Of a stretch of 32,724 nucleotides of DNA, positions 16,661 to 26,583 are shown one piece after another (the stretch's first letter is position 1; every line of letters begins with the position of its first letter). The notes below the pieces were generated by a model. It saw only the letters and a list, made by a program, of their open reading frames with translations. It did no database searches and was not told the DNA's origin. Made by a program: the position numbers and the translations under genes. The DNA is taken from the IMG/VR virus record IMGVR_UViG_3300049141_000053, positions 1-32,724 of that record; one strand, given 5' to 3'. The stretch is from a virus. Its lineage: Duplodnaviria; Caudoviricetes.

Positions 16661-19600
16661 GTGGCTTCTGGTGGCGTCCTCGTCGGCCGTGGATACGTGT
16701 CCATCCGGCCGGAGTTCGAGGGGGACTGGTCCCGTTCCGTCAACGCCCGCGCGTCCAGCGCGGGCAGGTCCGGGGCGGGAGCCTTCTCCAAGGCGTTCGG
16801 CGCCGGCCTGAAGGGCATCGGTGCGCTGGCCGGGGTGGCGATCGGCGCGAACCTGTCGTCCGCCGCGGCGGGCGCTGCCGCGCTCGCGCCCGCCCTGACC
16901 ACCGTCGGGGTGGCGGCCGGCGCCTTGAAGCTCGGCCTGTCCGGGGTGGGGGAGGCGTTCAAGCAGGCTTTCGCCGACTCCAGCGCCGACGCCGCCGCGG
17001 CAGCGTCGGCGACCCGTGCGGTCGAGTCGGCTCAGCGCGGGCTGGAGAACGCGCAGCGCTCCCTGGCGCGTGCCCGCGTGGACGCCGCCCGCCGCGTCGC
17101 GGACGCGCAGCGGCAGGTCGCGGACGCCGAGCGGGACCTCGCCGACGCCCAGCAGGACGGCCGCGAGGTGCAGGGCGAGCTCAACGACGCCCGGCGCGAG
17201 GCCGCTCGCGCCCTGCAGGACATGAACCAGCGGCTCGCCGAGTCCCACCTGGACGAACGCGAGGCTGTCCTGCGTCTGAAGGAGGCGCAGGAGGAGCTCA
17301 AGGCCGCCCAGCGGAAGAAGGGTGTCACCCCGCAGGAGCTGGAGGAGCTGCAGATCCGCTACGAGCGGGCCAAGCTCAACCTGACCGAGCAGCGCCGCGA
17401 GACCGCCCGTCTTGCGGCGGACACCAAGGCCGCCAACAAGGCCGGCGTCGAGGGCTCGGAGCAGGTGCTAGCGGTCCGTGAGCGGATCTCCGAGGCTGGC
17501 GAGAACGTTGCCGACAAGGAGCGTGCCCTCGCCGACGCCCAGCGGGGCGTGGACGAAGCCCGCGCGGAGGGCGCCCGCCAGATCGAGGACGCCCAGCGGG
17601 CCGTCGCCGAAGCCGCGGCGGCGGTCGCGGACGCGCAGGCAGCCGCGGCAGCACAGACCTCGAAGTTCGGCGAGGCCATGGCCAAGCTCGCCCCGAACGC
17701 GCAGTCGTTCGTGCGGGCCGTGCAGGGCCTCGCACCGGTGTGGACCGACATGAAGCTGGCGGTCCAGAACGAGCTGTTCAAGGGCCTGGACGACACGGTC
17801 ACCAGCCTCGGCCGCACCACCATCCCGATCCTCAGGGAAGGGCTGACCGCGACCGCCGGGATCTGGAACCAGATCGCCAAGAACGCCGCGTCCGGCATCG
17901 AGGAGATGGCCCGTACCGGCCTGATGGAGAAGATCCTCCAGGGCGCCAACGACAACCTCGCCGTCTTCAAGGACACCCCCAAGCAGCTCATCACCGCGTG
18001 GGGTCAGCTCGCCGTCGCCGCGCAGCCCGCATTCAACCAGCTGCTGCAGCAGATGGCCGGGGGCCTCAAGTCGTTCTCGGAGGGCATCGCCGCCAGCTTC
18101 GAGTCGGGCGGCCTGGAGAAGGCCATCACCAGCGCCTTCGAGATCCTGTCCCAGTTCGGGACACTCATCGGCAACGTCCTGGGCACCGTCCAGGAGGTCT
18201 TCCGGGCCGCCTCCGACGCGGGCGGGGAGATCGTCGGCTCGCTCGCGGCGGTCTTCGGCGAGCTGGAGCGAATCCTCGCCGCGCCGCAGATGCAGGCGCA
18301 GATGCGGTCGCTGTTCGCGTCCGTGTCGCAGATCGTCAGCGCGATTGTGCCCATCATCGGCGCCGTCGTACAGGCCGTGGTGCCGCTCCTCGCGGCGATC
18401 GCGCAGCCGATAGCGCAGCTTGCGACGGCCCTCGGCCCGGTCCTGCAGCAGCTCGCCAGCGCTCTGGGCGCCGCACTGCTGCCCATCGTCCAGGCGCTCG
18501 CGCCCGCCGTCGTCCTCATCGGCACAGCGATCGTCGAACTCGTCCGAGCGGTCATGCCGTTGATCGAGCCCATCGCGGCACTGATCAGCGGGGTGATCGC
18601 GGCACTCGCTCCTGCCCTGGAGCCGATCGTCCGAGTGGCAGCGCAACTGATCACGCTGCTGGTCGGCCCGCTGATGGCGGTGATGCAGGCCCTCACGCCG
18701 GCCCTCATCGTCATCGCCGACATGGTTACCCAGGTGTTCCAGGCGCTGGAGCCGATGCTGCAGCCGCTGGTCGACCTGCTCGGCCAGGTCGCCGAACTCG
18801 TCGCCGGCGTCCTCACGATCGCGATCGGGCAGCTGATGCAGGTGCTGCCGCCGCTCGTCGAGGTCGGCATGCAGCTGGTCGGCGCCGTGTTCGCCGCGCT
18901 GGAGCCGCTCCTGCCCGTGATCGGGGCCGCGCTGGAGGCAGTCGGGGGCGCCCTGCTCACCATGCTGCCGGCGCTGCTGGCCTTCGCCGACGCCGCGATT
19001 GTGCTGGTGGAAGGCCTGACGCCGCTCATCCCCATCGGCGTGCAGCTCGTCACCACGGTGCTGGAGGCTCTGCTGCCGGTCCTGCCCGCTATCGCGGACG
19101 CTTTCGTAGAGATCGCGGGCGCGCTGGTCGGGATCGTGGGACCCCTCGCCGAGATGGCCGGCACGATGGCCGAGACACTCGGCCCGATCCTTTCCGACAT
19201 CGCCCCCATTCTGGGGGACTTCGTCGGCCTGCTCGCAGGCACCCTGACCCAGGTGCTCCCGCCGCTCACCGGCGCACTGCTGATCCTGGTCGGCGCGTTC
19301 TCCCCGCTGTTCCCGGTGCTCGCCGAGCTGGTGGGGATGATCCTGGAGATGGCGGCCGGCGTGCTGGTGCAGCTCCTGCCGTCGATCCTGCAGCTGGTGC
19401 AGGCCGGGGTGAGTCTGGCGCTGGCGCTGCTGCCGATCGTGCCGCCGCTGGCGGAACTGGTCGGCCTGGTGCTGGAGCTGGCGGTCAACGTGCTGTCGTG
19501 GCTGCTGCCGCCGCTGCTCAGCCTCGCCGACTTCCTCATCGGCGGACTGGCTTCGGCGCTGTCCACGGCGATCGGCTGGGTCGCCGGCTTGATCACGGTC

Positions 19601-21259
19601 GTAGCCGACCTGGTGACGTGGGTGCTCACGCATCTCGGCCCGGCGTTCCGATGGCTGGCAGACAAGGTCGTGAAGCCGGTCTGGGGCTTCATCGCTGGCA
19701 CCATCAAGGGGGCCTGGACCTACGGCATCAAGCCGATCTTCCAGGCTCTGAACGCTGGTGTCGACGAAGTCGGAGACACCTTCACCTGGCTTCGCGATCA
19801 CGCGGTGAAGCCGATCTGGGACGGCATCAAGAACACGATCAGCGGGGTCTGGAAGTACGGCATCAAGCCGGTCTTCAAGACCTTGCAGGACGCCGTCAAG
19901 GCGATCGCGACCAGCTTCGACACAGCGCGCAAGAACATCAAGACGGCCTGGGACAAGCTGGAGGGCATCGCCAAGGCGCCCATCCAGTTCATCGTCGACG
20001 TCGTCTACAACAACGGGATCCGCGGCGTCTGGAACAAGATCGCGGGTGCCTTCGGTGCGCCGAAGCTGGACAAGTTCGTCTTCGCCCGCGGCGGCATCCT
20101 CCCCGGCTACACGCCGGGCCGGGACCCGCACCGGTTCTACAGCCCGTCCGGGATGGCGCTGGAGATGTCCGGCGGCGAGGCGATCATGCGGCCGGAGTTC
20201 ACGCGCGCTGTCGGCAGCGGGTTCGTCAACTCGATGAACTACATCGCCCGCTCTGGTGGCGCCGAGGGCGTGCGCCGGGCCCTGGCCCCGCTGCTGGGCG
20301 GTGACCCGGACACGCCAGTCGACCGATCCCTGCGGTACGCCCGAGGCGGCATCACGCAGCGGTTCGCGGACGGCGGCATCTTCGGATGGATCAAGTCTGC
20401 CGGGTCGGCCGTCGTGGGTGCGGGATCGACAGCCTGGAACAAGATCAAGGAAGGGGCGAGCTGGCTCGCCGACACCCTCGAGGCGTCCGCGCGCGCGGGC
20501 GTCGAAAAGGTCGTCGACCCGCTGCTCAAGCGGTTCCCCGGCATGGACACCGGCTTCGGTGCCATGCTGCGCCGCATCCCCACCAAGATCATCGATGCCT
20601 TGTTCGGCTACTCCAAGGAAGCCGACAAGCGAGGCGCCGGCGGTATCGGCGGCCCCCGCATCCAAGCCGCACTGAAGTGGGCCAAGACTCAGCACGGGCT
20701 GCGCTACCAGTGGGGCGGCAACGGCAACCCCTCGTGGGACTGCAGCGGCTTCATGAGCGCCATCGAGTCCGTCATCCGCGGGCAGAAGCCGCACCGCAGG
20801 TGGAGCACCCACGCCTTCCAAGGCGGGAACACCCCGCCCGGGTGGGTACGCAACGGGGCCTCCGCGTTCCGCGTCGGCATCACGCACGACGGCGTCGGTC
20901 ACACCGCAGGCACCCTCGGCCGCACCAACGTCGAGTCCCGAGGCGGCGACGGCGTTGTGGTAGGGCGTCGGGCCCGCGGCTACAACGACAAGCTGTTCAC
21001 CAGCTGGTACGGCTTCCAGCCCGGCAAGTACGACTCCGGCGGCTGGCTGCAGTCAGGCGGTGTCGGCGTCAACCTGCTCAGCAAGCCCGAGGCAGTCCTG
21101 ACGCCGAGCCAGTGGACCACGATGACGACCATCGCCGACCGGGCCTCTGACCCTGTCGTGGTGGAGGTCCACACCCGGGACCGGGCGCTCGCCGAGTTCA
21201 TCGACGTGCGAGTTCACCGCAACAACCAGGAACTCGCTGCCGTCATCAACGCGAACTGA
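16661..21259 (+). CDS. Tape measure protein (1532 aa) with a C-terminal NlpC/P60-like peptidoglycan peptidase domain
   Basis: VGRGYVSIRP N-terminus, long coiled coil, amphipathic Pro-punctuated repeats, W-spaced repeats, and YQWGG...WDCSG...GHTAG. Confidence 0.95.
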   Translation: MASGGVLVGRGYVSIRPEFEGDWSRSVNARASSAGRSGAGAFSKAFGAGLKGIGALAGVAIGANLSSAAAGAAALAPALTTVGVAAGALKLGLSGVGEAFKQAFADSSADAAAAASATRAVESAQRGLENAQRSLARARVDAARRVADAQRQVADAERDLADAQQDGREVQGELNDARREAARALQDMNQRLAESHLDEREAVLRLKEAQEELKAAQRKKGVTPQELEELQIRYERAKLNLTEQRRETARLAADTKAANKAGVEGSEQVLAVRERISEAGENVADKERALADAQRGVDEARAEGARQIEDAQRAVAEAAAAVADAQAAAAAQTSKFGEAMAKLAPNAQSFVRAVQGLAPVWTDMKLAVQNELFKGLDDTVTSLGRTTIPILREGLTATAGIWNQIAKNAASGIEEMARTGLMEKILQGANDNLAVFKDTPKQLITAWGQLAVAAQPAFNQLLQQMAGGLKSFSEGIAASFESGGLEKAITSAFEILSQFGTLIGNVLGTVQEVFRAASDAGGEIVGSLAAVFGELERILAAPQMQAQMRSLFASVSQIVSAIVPIIGAVVQAVVPLLAAIAQPIAQLATALGPVLQQLASALGAALLPIVQALAPAVVLIGTAIVELVRAVMPLIEPIAALISGVIAALAPALEPIVRVAAQLITLLVGPLMAVMQALTPALIVIADMVTQVFQALEPMLQPLVDLLGQVAELVAGVLTIAIGQLMQVLPPLVEVGMQLVGAVFAALEPLLPVIGAALEAVGGALLTMLPALLAFADAAIVLVEGLTPLIPIGVQLVTTVLEALLPVLPAIADAFVEIAGALVGIVGPLAEMAGTMAETLGPILSDIAPILGDFVGLLAGTLTQVLPPLTGALLILVGAFSPLFPVLAELVGMILEMAAGVLVQLLPSILQLVQAGVSLALALLPIVPPLAELVGLVLELAVNVLSWLLPPLLSLADFLIGGLASALSTAIGWVAGLITVVADLVTWVLTHLGPAFRWLADKVVKPVWGFIAGTIKGAWTYGIKPIFQALNAGVDEVGDTFTWLRDHAVKPIWDGIKNTISGVWKYGIKPVFKTLQDAVKAIATSFDTARKNIKTAWDKLEGIAKAPIQFIVDVVYNNGIRGVWNKIAGAFGAPKLDKFVFARGGILPGYTPGRDPHRFYSPSGMALEMSGGEAIMRPEFTRAVGSGFVNSMNYIARSGGAEGVRRALAPLLGGDPDTPVDRSLRYARGGITQRFADGGIFGWIKSAGSAVVGAGSTAWNKIKEGASWLADTLEASARAGVEKVVDPLLKRFPGMDTGFGAMLRRIPTKIIDALFGYSKEADKRGAGGIGGPRIQAALKWAKTQHGLRYQWGGNGNPSWDCSGFMSAIESVIRGQKPHRRWSTHAFQGGNTPPGWVRNGASAFRVGITHDGVGHTAGTLGRTNVESRGGDGVVVGRRARGYNDKLFTSWYGFQPGKYDSGGWLQSGGVGVNLLSKPEAVLTPSQWTTMTTIADRASDPVVVEVHTRDRALAEFIDVRVHRNNQELAAVINAN

Positions 21260-21269
21260 GGAGGGCGAC

Positions 21270-23498
21270 GTGGCGTTCCCTGGGAACTTCCTCTCCTCGG
21301 CCACGGAGTCGATGGATCCGACCATCGCCGGCTGGGTCCAGAAGTTGAACTGCACGATCAGCAAAGGGACGGGCGGCCGGGTGGGTGACGGCTGCCTCCT
21401 CGTCAAGTCGCTGGCGGCCGGCGAGATGCAGGCCGTCACGGTGGCCTCCTACCCGGTCACTGCTGGAACGACGTACTTCGCGTTCGCGGACGCGGCCGGG
21501 GCGTCGTCGACGGCCGAGCGGATCGGCATCCGCTGGATGTCCAGCACGGGCGCGCAGATCGGCATCACCTGGTCGCTGTCCACGATGGCCGCGTCCTCGT
21601 CGTGGCACCGCGTGAGCGTCGCCGGGCCGGCCCCGGCCGGCGCAACGCGGGCCCAGGTGATCCTGTCATCGACCGAACCCGCGGGGGCCGTCAACCACTT
21701 CTGGGAGCAGGTCTACCTCGGCCTGCCGCTGCGCACGACCGGCAACCTACTCGGTTTCAACGTGGAGTCGACCGAGGTCGACGCTTCCGGGTGGACACCG
21801 CTCGTCAACGCCACCATCACCCGCCAGGTTCCGGTGATGTCGTGGTCGGCGACGAGCTGGCTGGCGGGCGGGCACACGCTGGCGATGACCGCGGTCGCCG
21901 CCGGCAACGCAGCGGTACAGACCGTGGACCGGCCGACGGTCACGCCGGGCACCGAGTACCTCGCCTACGCCTACCTGCAGCCGCCCGTACTGTCGGCGCA
22001 GGCGTGGATCGAGCTGCGGTTCCACGACGTCAACGGCAACCAGGTCGGCGCCGAAAGGTCGACGCTGGACCCGCCGGGCACCGGCATGTACCGGCAGCGG
22101 GTCTCCGCGATCGCCCCCGCCAGCGCGGCCACCTGCTCGCTGGCGGCCGGCCTGGACGGGGCCTCGGCCGGGCAGGTACTGCGCCTGGAGACCGTCGTCA
22201 TCCGAGCCGCCCCTGCGGTACAGGCCGGCAGCGTCCTGCCGTATGCGGACGCCAGCTTTGAGCAGGGTGTCGCCGGGTGGACGGTCGCCGCCGGGGTGGC
22301 CACGATCGCCCGGTCCACGCCGTGGGGGAGCGCCGCCTGGGACGGCTCCTACTCCCTGGCGGTCACATCGTCGACCGCGACCGCGTCGACGATCCGCTCG
22401 GCGCGGTTCCCGGTCACCGAGGGCCTGAACTGGCGGGCGAGGATCATCGTCCACGCGTCGACCGGCGCCTGGTCCACAGTGGTGGTCCGCACCCGCTGGT
22501 ACGACGCGGCCAACGCGGACCTCGGCGCCTCGGCGGGCGCAGCCTACGTGGTGCCGGGCTCGTCCTGGTACAGCATGACCTCCGACAACGAGGCCCCGGC
22601 CGGGGCGACGCAGGCCGCCGTCGAGGTGGTGGCCACCGCGAGCGCGGCGAGCAGCGTCCTCAACATCGACTCGGTCGCCCTGTGGCAGGTGCTGCCCCTC
22701 ACCGACGTCGAGACCCACTCGGATGACGGCTACGCGACGCTGACCCTGCGCGAACTGCCCCTGGACTACCTGCTCACCGTCTACCGGGTGACCCCGGACG
22801 GCTCGCGCACCCTGGTCCGCGGGCCGTCCGGGCTCCTCGACCAGATGCCAATCACCTCGGACCTGCTGATCGTGGAGGATCACGAGGCGCCGATGCGGAC
22901 GCCGGTCTACTACCGCATCGAACTCCGGGCCAGCGAGACCGCCGCTGCCTCCACCCGCTCCTCCGAGACGGTCACACTCGACCTGCCGGACATCAACGAG
23001 GCGTGGCTGAAAGACCCGGGCACCCCGCAGCGCAACATGCGGGTGCTGGTGCAGCGGGCGCCGGACTGGCAGCGGCCCATCGAACAGGCCGCGTTCGTCG
23101 TCCGCGGCCGGCGCAACAAGGTCGTCCTGTCAGGGCAGCGGCAGGGCCTGGAAGGCGACCTGACGGTTTGGACGCGCACAGCGGAGGAGCTCGCCGCCCT
23201 GCACCGGCTGCTCGACTCCGGCAGCACGCTGCTGTGGCAGGCGGCTCCCGGCATGGGCGTCAGCGACATGTACGTCAACGTCGCCGGCATCACCGAAGCC
23301 CGGGTCGGAGCGCTCGCGCAGGAGCCGTGGCGGGCGTGGACGCTCCCGCTGACCGAGGCGGACATGCCGACCGCGGTCGGCGTCAACGGGGCCGCAGGGC
23401 GAACCTGGCAGGACGTGCTCACCGAGTTCGCCACCTGGCAGGACGTCCTCGACACCTATGAGACCTGGGAGGACGTGCTCCTCGACCGGCGGAGGTGA
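21270..23498 (+). CDS. Minor tail protein: three tandem carbohydrate-binding-like modules and a C-terminal distal-tail-like region
   Basis: Three repeats starting GNFLSS..IAGW, GNLLGF..ASGW and GSVLPY..VAGW, each with an APA(G/S)A(T/A) motif; first gene after the tape measure. Confidence 0.75.
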   Translation: MAFPGNFLSSATESMDPTIAGWVQKLNCTISKGTGGRVGDGCLLVKSLAAGEMQAVTVASYPVTAGTTYFAFADAAGASSTAERIGIRWMSSTGAQIGITWSLSTMAASSSWHRVSVAGPAPAGATRAQVILSSTEPAGAVNHFWEQVYLGLPLRTTGNLLGFNVESTEVDASGWTPLVNATITRQVPVMSWSATSWLAGGHTLAMTAVAAGNAAVQTVDRPTVTPGTEYLAYAYLQPPVLSAQAWIELRFHDVNGNQVGAERSTLDPPGTGMYRQRVSAIAPASAATCSLAAGLDGASAGQVLRLETVVIRAAPAVQAGSVLPYADASFEQGVAGWTVAAGVATIARSTPWGSAAWDGSYSLAVTSSTATASTIRSARFPVTEGLNWRARIIVHASTGAWSTVVVRTRWYDAANADLGASAGAAYVVPGSSWYSMTSDNEAPAGATQAAVEVVATASAASSVLNIDSVALWQVLPLTDVETHSDDGYATLTLRELPLDYLLTVYRVTPDGSRTLVRGPSGLLDQMPITSDLLIVEDHEAPMRTPVYYRIELRASETAAASTRSSETVTLDLPDINEAWLKDPGTPQRNMRVLVQRAPDWQRPIEQAAFVVRGRRNKVVLSGQRQGLEGDLTVWTRTAEELAALHRLLDSGSTLLWQAAPGMGVSDMYVNVAGITEARVGALAQEPWRAWTLPLTEADMPTAVGVNGAAGRTWQDVLTEFATWQDVLDTYETWEDVLLDRRR

Positions 23499-23505
23499 GC
23501 CAGTC

Positions 23506-24597
23506 GTGTATCCCGTCTCCGACCGGTTCCTCACCCGCCTCACCGAAGACCACACCCCAGTCACCCGGGTGGAGCTGTTCCTCACCGACGGCCGCGTCGT
23601 CGACCTGCCACACACGGGCGGGTCGGTGACCGTGGACCGCGGGCAGGCGGTCCGCCGTACCTGCACCGTCACCTGCCCCGACCCGGCGCTGATCCCGCGC
23701 ACCCCGTCCGACCAGCTGGCCACCTACGGCGCCCGGCTCCGGATCTCACGCGGCGTCGATTACGGCGACGGCAGCCAGGAGCTGGTGCCGCTCGGCGTTT
23801 TCCGGCTCGACTCGGTCGACGGCGACGTCTCCGAAGGCCCCGTCACACTGCAGGGCAAAGACCTGTCGGCGATCGTCGCCGACGACCGCTTCACCGCCCC
23901 CTACACCGCGAGCGGCACAGTGGCCAGCGCCATCACCGCTCTCATCCAGCGTTCCCTGCCCGGCGCCTCCGTCCTCAACACAGCCGGCACCGTCACCATC
24001 GGCCGTCGCACTTGGGACATCGAGGGCGACCCGTGGGCGGCCTGCCAGGAGATCGCCGCCGCCGCGGGCGCCGAGGTGTACGCCACCCCGGACGGCGAGT
24101 TCACCATCGCGACACTGCCGGACCTGCTCACCACCGCCCCGGTCTGGGAGATCGCCGCCGAGGAGGGCGGCGCCTACATCTCGGCGAGCCGCGGCATGTC
24201 CAGCGACCGCGTCCACAACGGCGTCCTGGCCCGCGGCGAGAACACCAGCGACGGCGTCGCACCCGTCTCCGCCCTGGTCACTGACGACGACCCCAGCTCG
24301 CCGACGTACTGGGGCGGGCCGTTCGGTCGCCGCCCCGACTTCTACAGCTCCTCCACGCTGATCAACACCGCGGCATGCCAGGCAGCAGCCCGGCTGAAAC
24401 TCGCGGAACTGAAATCCCCCAACGCGGTCGGCGATTTCAGCTCGTTGCCGAACCCGGCCCTGGAGGCGGGCGACGTGCTCCGGGTCGTGCACCCGGACGG
24501 CAGCCCCGAACTCCATCAGGCTGCGTCCTTCACTGTGCCGCTCGACGTCGGCGGCACCTTCCCAATCAGCACCATTTCGGCAAGGGAGGGCGCGTGA
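23506..24597 (+). CDS. Minor tail/hub protein (DUF5047-like)
   Basis: MYPVSDRF...GGSVTVDRGQAVRRTC...VPLGVFRL...SPTYWGGPFGRRP...PNPALEAGDV. Confidence 0.8.
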   Translation: MYPVSDRFLTRLTEDHTPVTRVELFLTDGRVVDLPHTGGSVTVDRGQAVRRTCTVTCPDPALIPRTPSDQLATYGARLRISRGVDYGDGSQELVPLGVFRLDSVDGDVSEGPVTLQGKDLSAIVADDRFTAPYTASGTVASAITALIQRSLPGASVLNTAGTVTIGRRTWDIEGDPWAACQEIAAAAGAEVYATPDGEFTIATLPDLLTTAPVWEIAAEEGGAYISASRGMSSDRVHNGVLARGENTSDGVAPVSALVTDDDPSSPTYWGGPFGRRPDFYSSSTLINTAACQAAARLKLAELKSPNAVGDFSSLPNPALEAGDVLRVVHPDGSPELHQAASFTVPLDVGGTFPISTISAREGA

Positions 24598-24854
24598 GCA
24601 CTCATCGGGACCTGGCCTACGCCCTCCGCCAGCAGGCTCGGCGCGCGGGGGAGCAGTCGCCGACCGTGCGCGGCGGGGACTGGCGCCTCGCCACCGTCAC
24701 CGCGGTTAACGGCGACGGCACCGTCGACGCCGACGGCATCGAGGGCATCCGCCGCCTCGCCTCCTACACGGCGCCAGCAGTCGGTCAGGTCATCGTCATC
24801 AGCCAGTCGTCGTCAGGCAACTGGATCGCCCTCGGCCCGCTGGCCACCAGCTAG
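24594..24854 (+). CDS. Small tail-tip protein (OB-fold-like, 86 aa)
   Basis: GTGA overlap; WRLATVTAVNGDGTVD...RRLASYTAPAVGQVIVI...WIALG. Confidence 0.7.
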   Translation: MSTHRDLAYALRQQARRAGEQSPTVRGGDWRLATVTAVNGDGTVDADGIEGIRRLASYTAPAVGQVIVISQSSSGNWIALGPLATS

Positions 24855-24866
24855 AAAGGGGTCCGC

Positions 24867-25526
24867 GTGCCCACCACGGACGACTACGGGCAGGGAGTCA
24901 GCGTCGCGTCCCTCGCCGACGCGCCCAACGCCGAGGCCCTCGCAAAGAACATCGCCAACGCCATCGTGCAGCGGTCGATCATGCGGTTCGCCTCGGCGTC
25001 CGCGCGCAACGCCACGATCGACGCCCCTGCCGAGGGCATGTTCGCCTGGTTGCAGGACTCCAACCTGATCACCCTCTACACCGGGTCGGCCTGGCTGCCA
25101 CTGCTCGGCACATCGGTGTCCGACCAGCAGAGCCCGTCCTTCGACACCAACGTCACGACCTACGGCACCGGCTCGACCGGCGGCAGCTACGCGACCTGCG
25201 GCGTCGTCTTCACCGCCCCCCTCTCCGGCAAGGTGAAGATCACCTCCGGGGCGCGCGTGGAGAACTCCTCGGCGACGGCCGGCTCCCTCGTCGCCCCAGA
25301 GACCCGCACCGGCAGCAGCATCGGCTCCGGCTCGATCGTGGAGGCTGCTGCCGACATCAACGGCTTCAGCCACTACGGCACGACCTTCGCCCGCGGCACC
25401 GCCTCCCACCTCCTCGCCGGGCTCACACCCGGCGCCACCTACAACACGAGGCTTCTGCACCGCACCTCGCAGACGAGCACGACCGCCACCATCGCGCTGC
25501 GCGAGCTCATCGTCGAACCCGCCTGA
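24867..25526 (+). CDS. Minor tail protein (219 aa)
   Basis: GAAAGGGG RBS; MRFASASARNA...PAEGMFAWLQD...YTGSAW is typical of actinophage tail proteins. Confidence 0.75.
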   Translation: MPTTDDYGQGVSVASLADAPNAEALAKNIANAIVQRSIMRFASASARNATIDAPAEGMFAWLQDSNLITLYTGSAWLPLLGTSVSDQQSPSFDTNVTTYGTGSTGGSYATCGVVFTAPLSGKVKITSGARVENSSATAGSLVAPETRTGSSIGSGSIVEAAADINGFSHYGTTFARGTASHLLAGLTPGATYNTRLLHRTSQTSTTATIALRELIVEPA

Positions 25527-25588
25527 CCCGCCCGTCTTTCGCCCCGCGCGCCGTCCGGCCCGGGGCCATTCCCGTTCCTGGAGCCGCA

Positions 25589-26392
25589 ATGGCCTGGTAC
25601 CCCGGCGCCACCCGCATGGAGCTGCAGCCCGAGTCGGACGCGCAGCCCGCGATCCGACCCACGCAGCTCATCGTCCACTCGGTCGTCGCACCGTGGGACG
25701 AAAAGCGGATCTACGCCTACTGGCGCGACAGCACCAATCTGGAGAGCCACTTCGGCCTGGACTACGACGGATCACTCGGCCAGTACATCGGCACCGAGAC
25801 CCGCGCCGACGCCAACGCAGGCGCGAACCGGCGGCCGGACGGCACGGGTGCCGTGTCGATCGAAACCGCGTCCAACACGAAGGCCTCGGACGCCTGGACA
25901 CCGGAGCAGATCGAGCAGCTGATCCGCCTCGGCGTGTGGCTCCACCAGCGGCACGCCATCCCCCTGCGGATCTGCCGCACCCACAGCGACCCGGGGTTCG
26001 GCTACCACAGCATGTTCCCGCAGTGGTCCACGAGCGGGACAGCCTGCCCCGGCGCGGCCCGCATCAAGCAGTTCCGGGAGATCGTCTTCCCGGGCATCGT
26101 CGCACGAGCCAAGGGCAGCACCGCACCCGCGCCGAGCCCCAGCACCCCCTCCACACCGAAGGAAACCGGCATGGACCTCGGCGACCACATCAAGCTCGGC
26201 AGATGGCTGCCCACCCGCTGGCCCAACGACAAGGGCCTCACCGACAAGACCATCACGGTCAACACGGCGCTCGGCTCGACCTACGGGTACGCCCGTGCCG
26301 CAGCCGAGGACACCGCCGAGATCCTCCGCCAGCTCGAGGCCCTCCGCACCGAGGTCGCCCAGCTGCGGGCCGCCACACAGAAGGAGTCCTGA
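25589..26392 (+). CDS. Endolysin, N-acetylmuramoyl-L-alanine amidase (Amidase_2-like)
   Basis: IVHS, SHFG..YDG...QY, SIET, GYH and TACPG zinc-amidase motifs; Pro linker; coiled-coil C-terminus. Confidence 0.9.
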   Translation: MAWYPGATRMELQPESDAQPAIRPTQLIVHSVVAPWDEKRIYAYWRDSTNLESHFGLDYDGSLGQYIGTETRADANAGANRRPDGTGAVSIETASNTKASDAWTPEQIEQLIRLGVWLHQRHAIPLRICRTHSDPGFGYHSMFPQWSTSGTACPGAARIKQFREIVFPGIVARAKGSTAPAPSPSTPSTPKETGMDLGDHIKLGRWLPTRWPNDKGLTDKTITVNTALGSTYGYARAAAEDTAEILRQLEALRTEVAQLRAATQKES

Positions 26393-26394
26393 CC

Positions 26395-26583
26395 ATGCGT
26401 ATCTCCAGCATCGCCAAGAGCATCGTCGCTGGTCTCGCGGCCGGCGCCACGGCGGCCGTCACCGCCGTGCAGGACGGCACCGTCACCACCGGCGAGGGTG
26501 TCACGATCGTCCTCGCGATCCTCGGAGCCTGGGGCATCACCTGGGCTGTCCCCAACCGGCCTCAGCCTCCGACGGCGGTCTGA
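26395..26583 (+). CDS. Holin (2 TM, 62 aa)
   Basis: AAGGAG RBS; KSIVAGLAAGATA...EGVTIVLAILGAWGITWAVPN; directly after the endolysin. Confidence 0.8.
   Translation: MRISSIAKSIVAGLAAGATAAVTAVQDGTVTTGEGVTIVLAILGAWGITWAVPNRPQPPTAV

Noticed and set aside
17468-20902. 1144-aa minus-strand ORF, and the 854-aa and 567-aa ORFs overlapping the tape measure
   Set aside because: Shadow ORFs caused by high GC3 bias; low-complexity translations with no motifs.
1599-25526. Diversity-generating retroelement or invertible tail-fibre switch
   Set aside because: No reverse transcriptase, invertase or duplicated template/variable repeat was seen.
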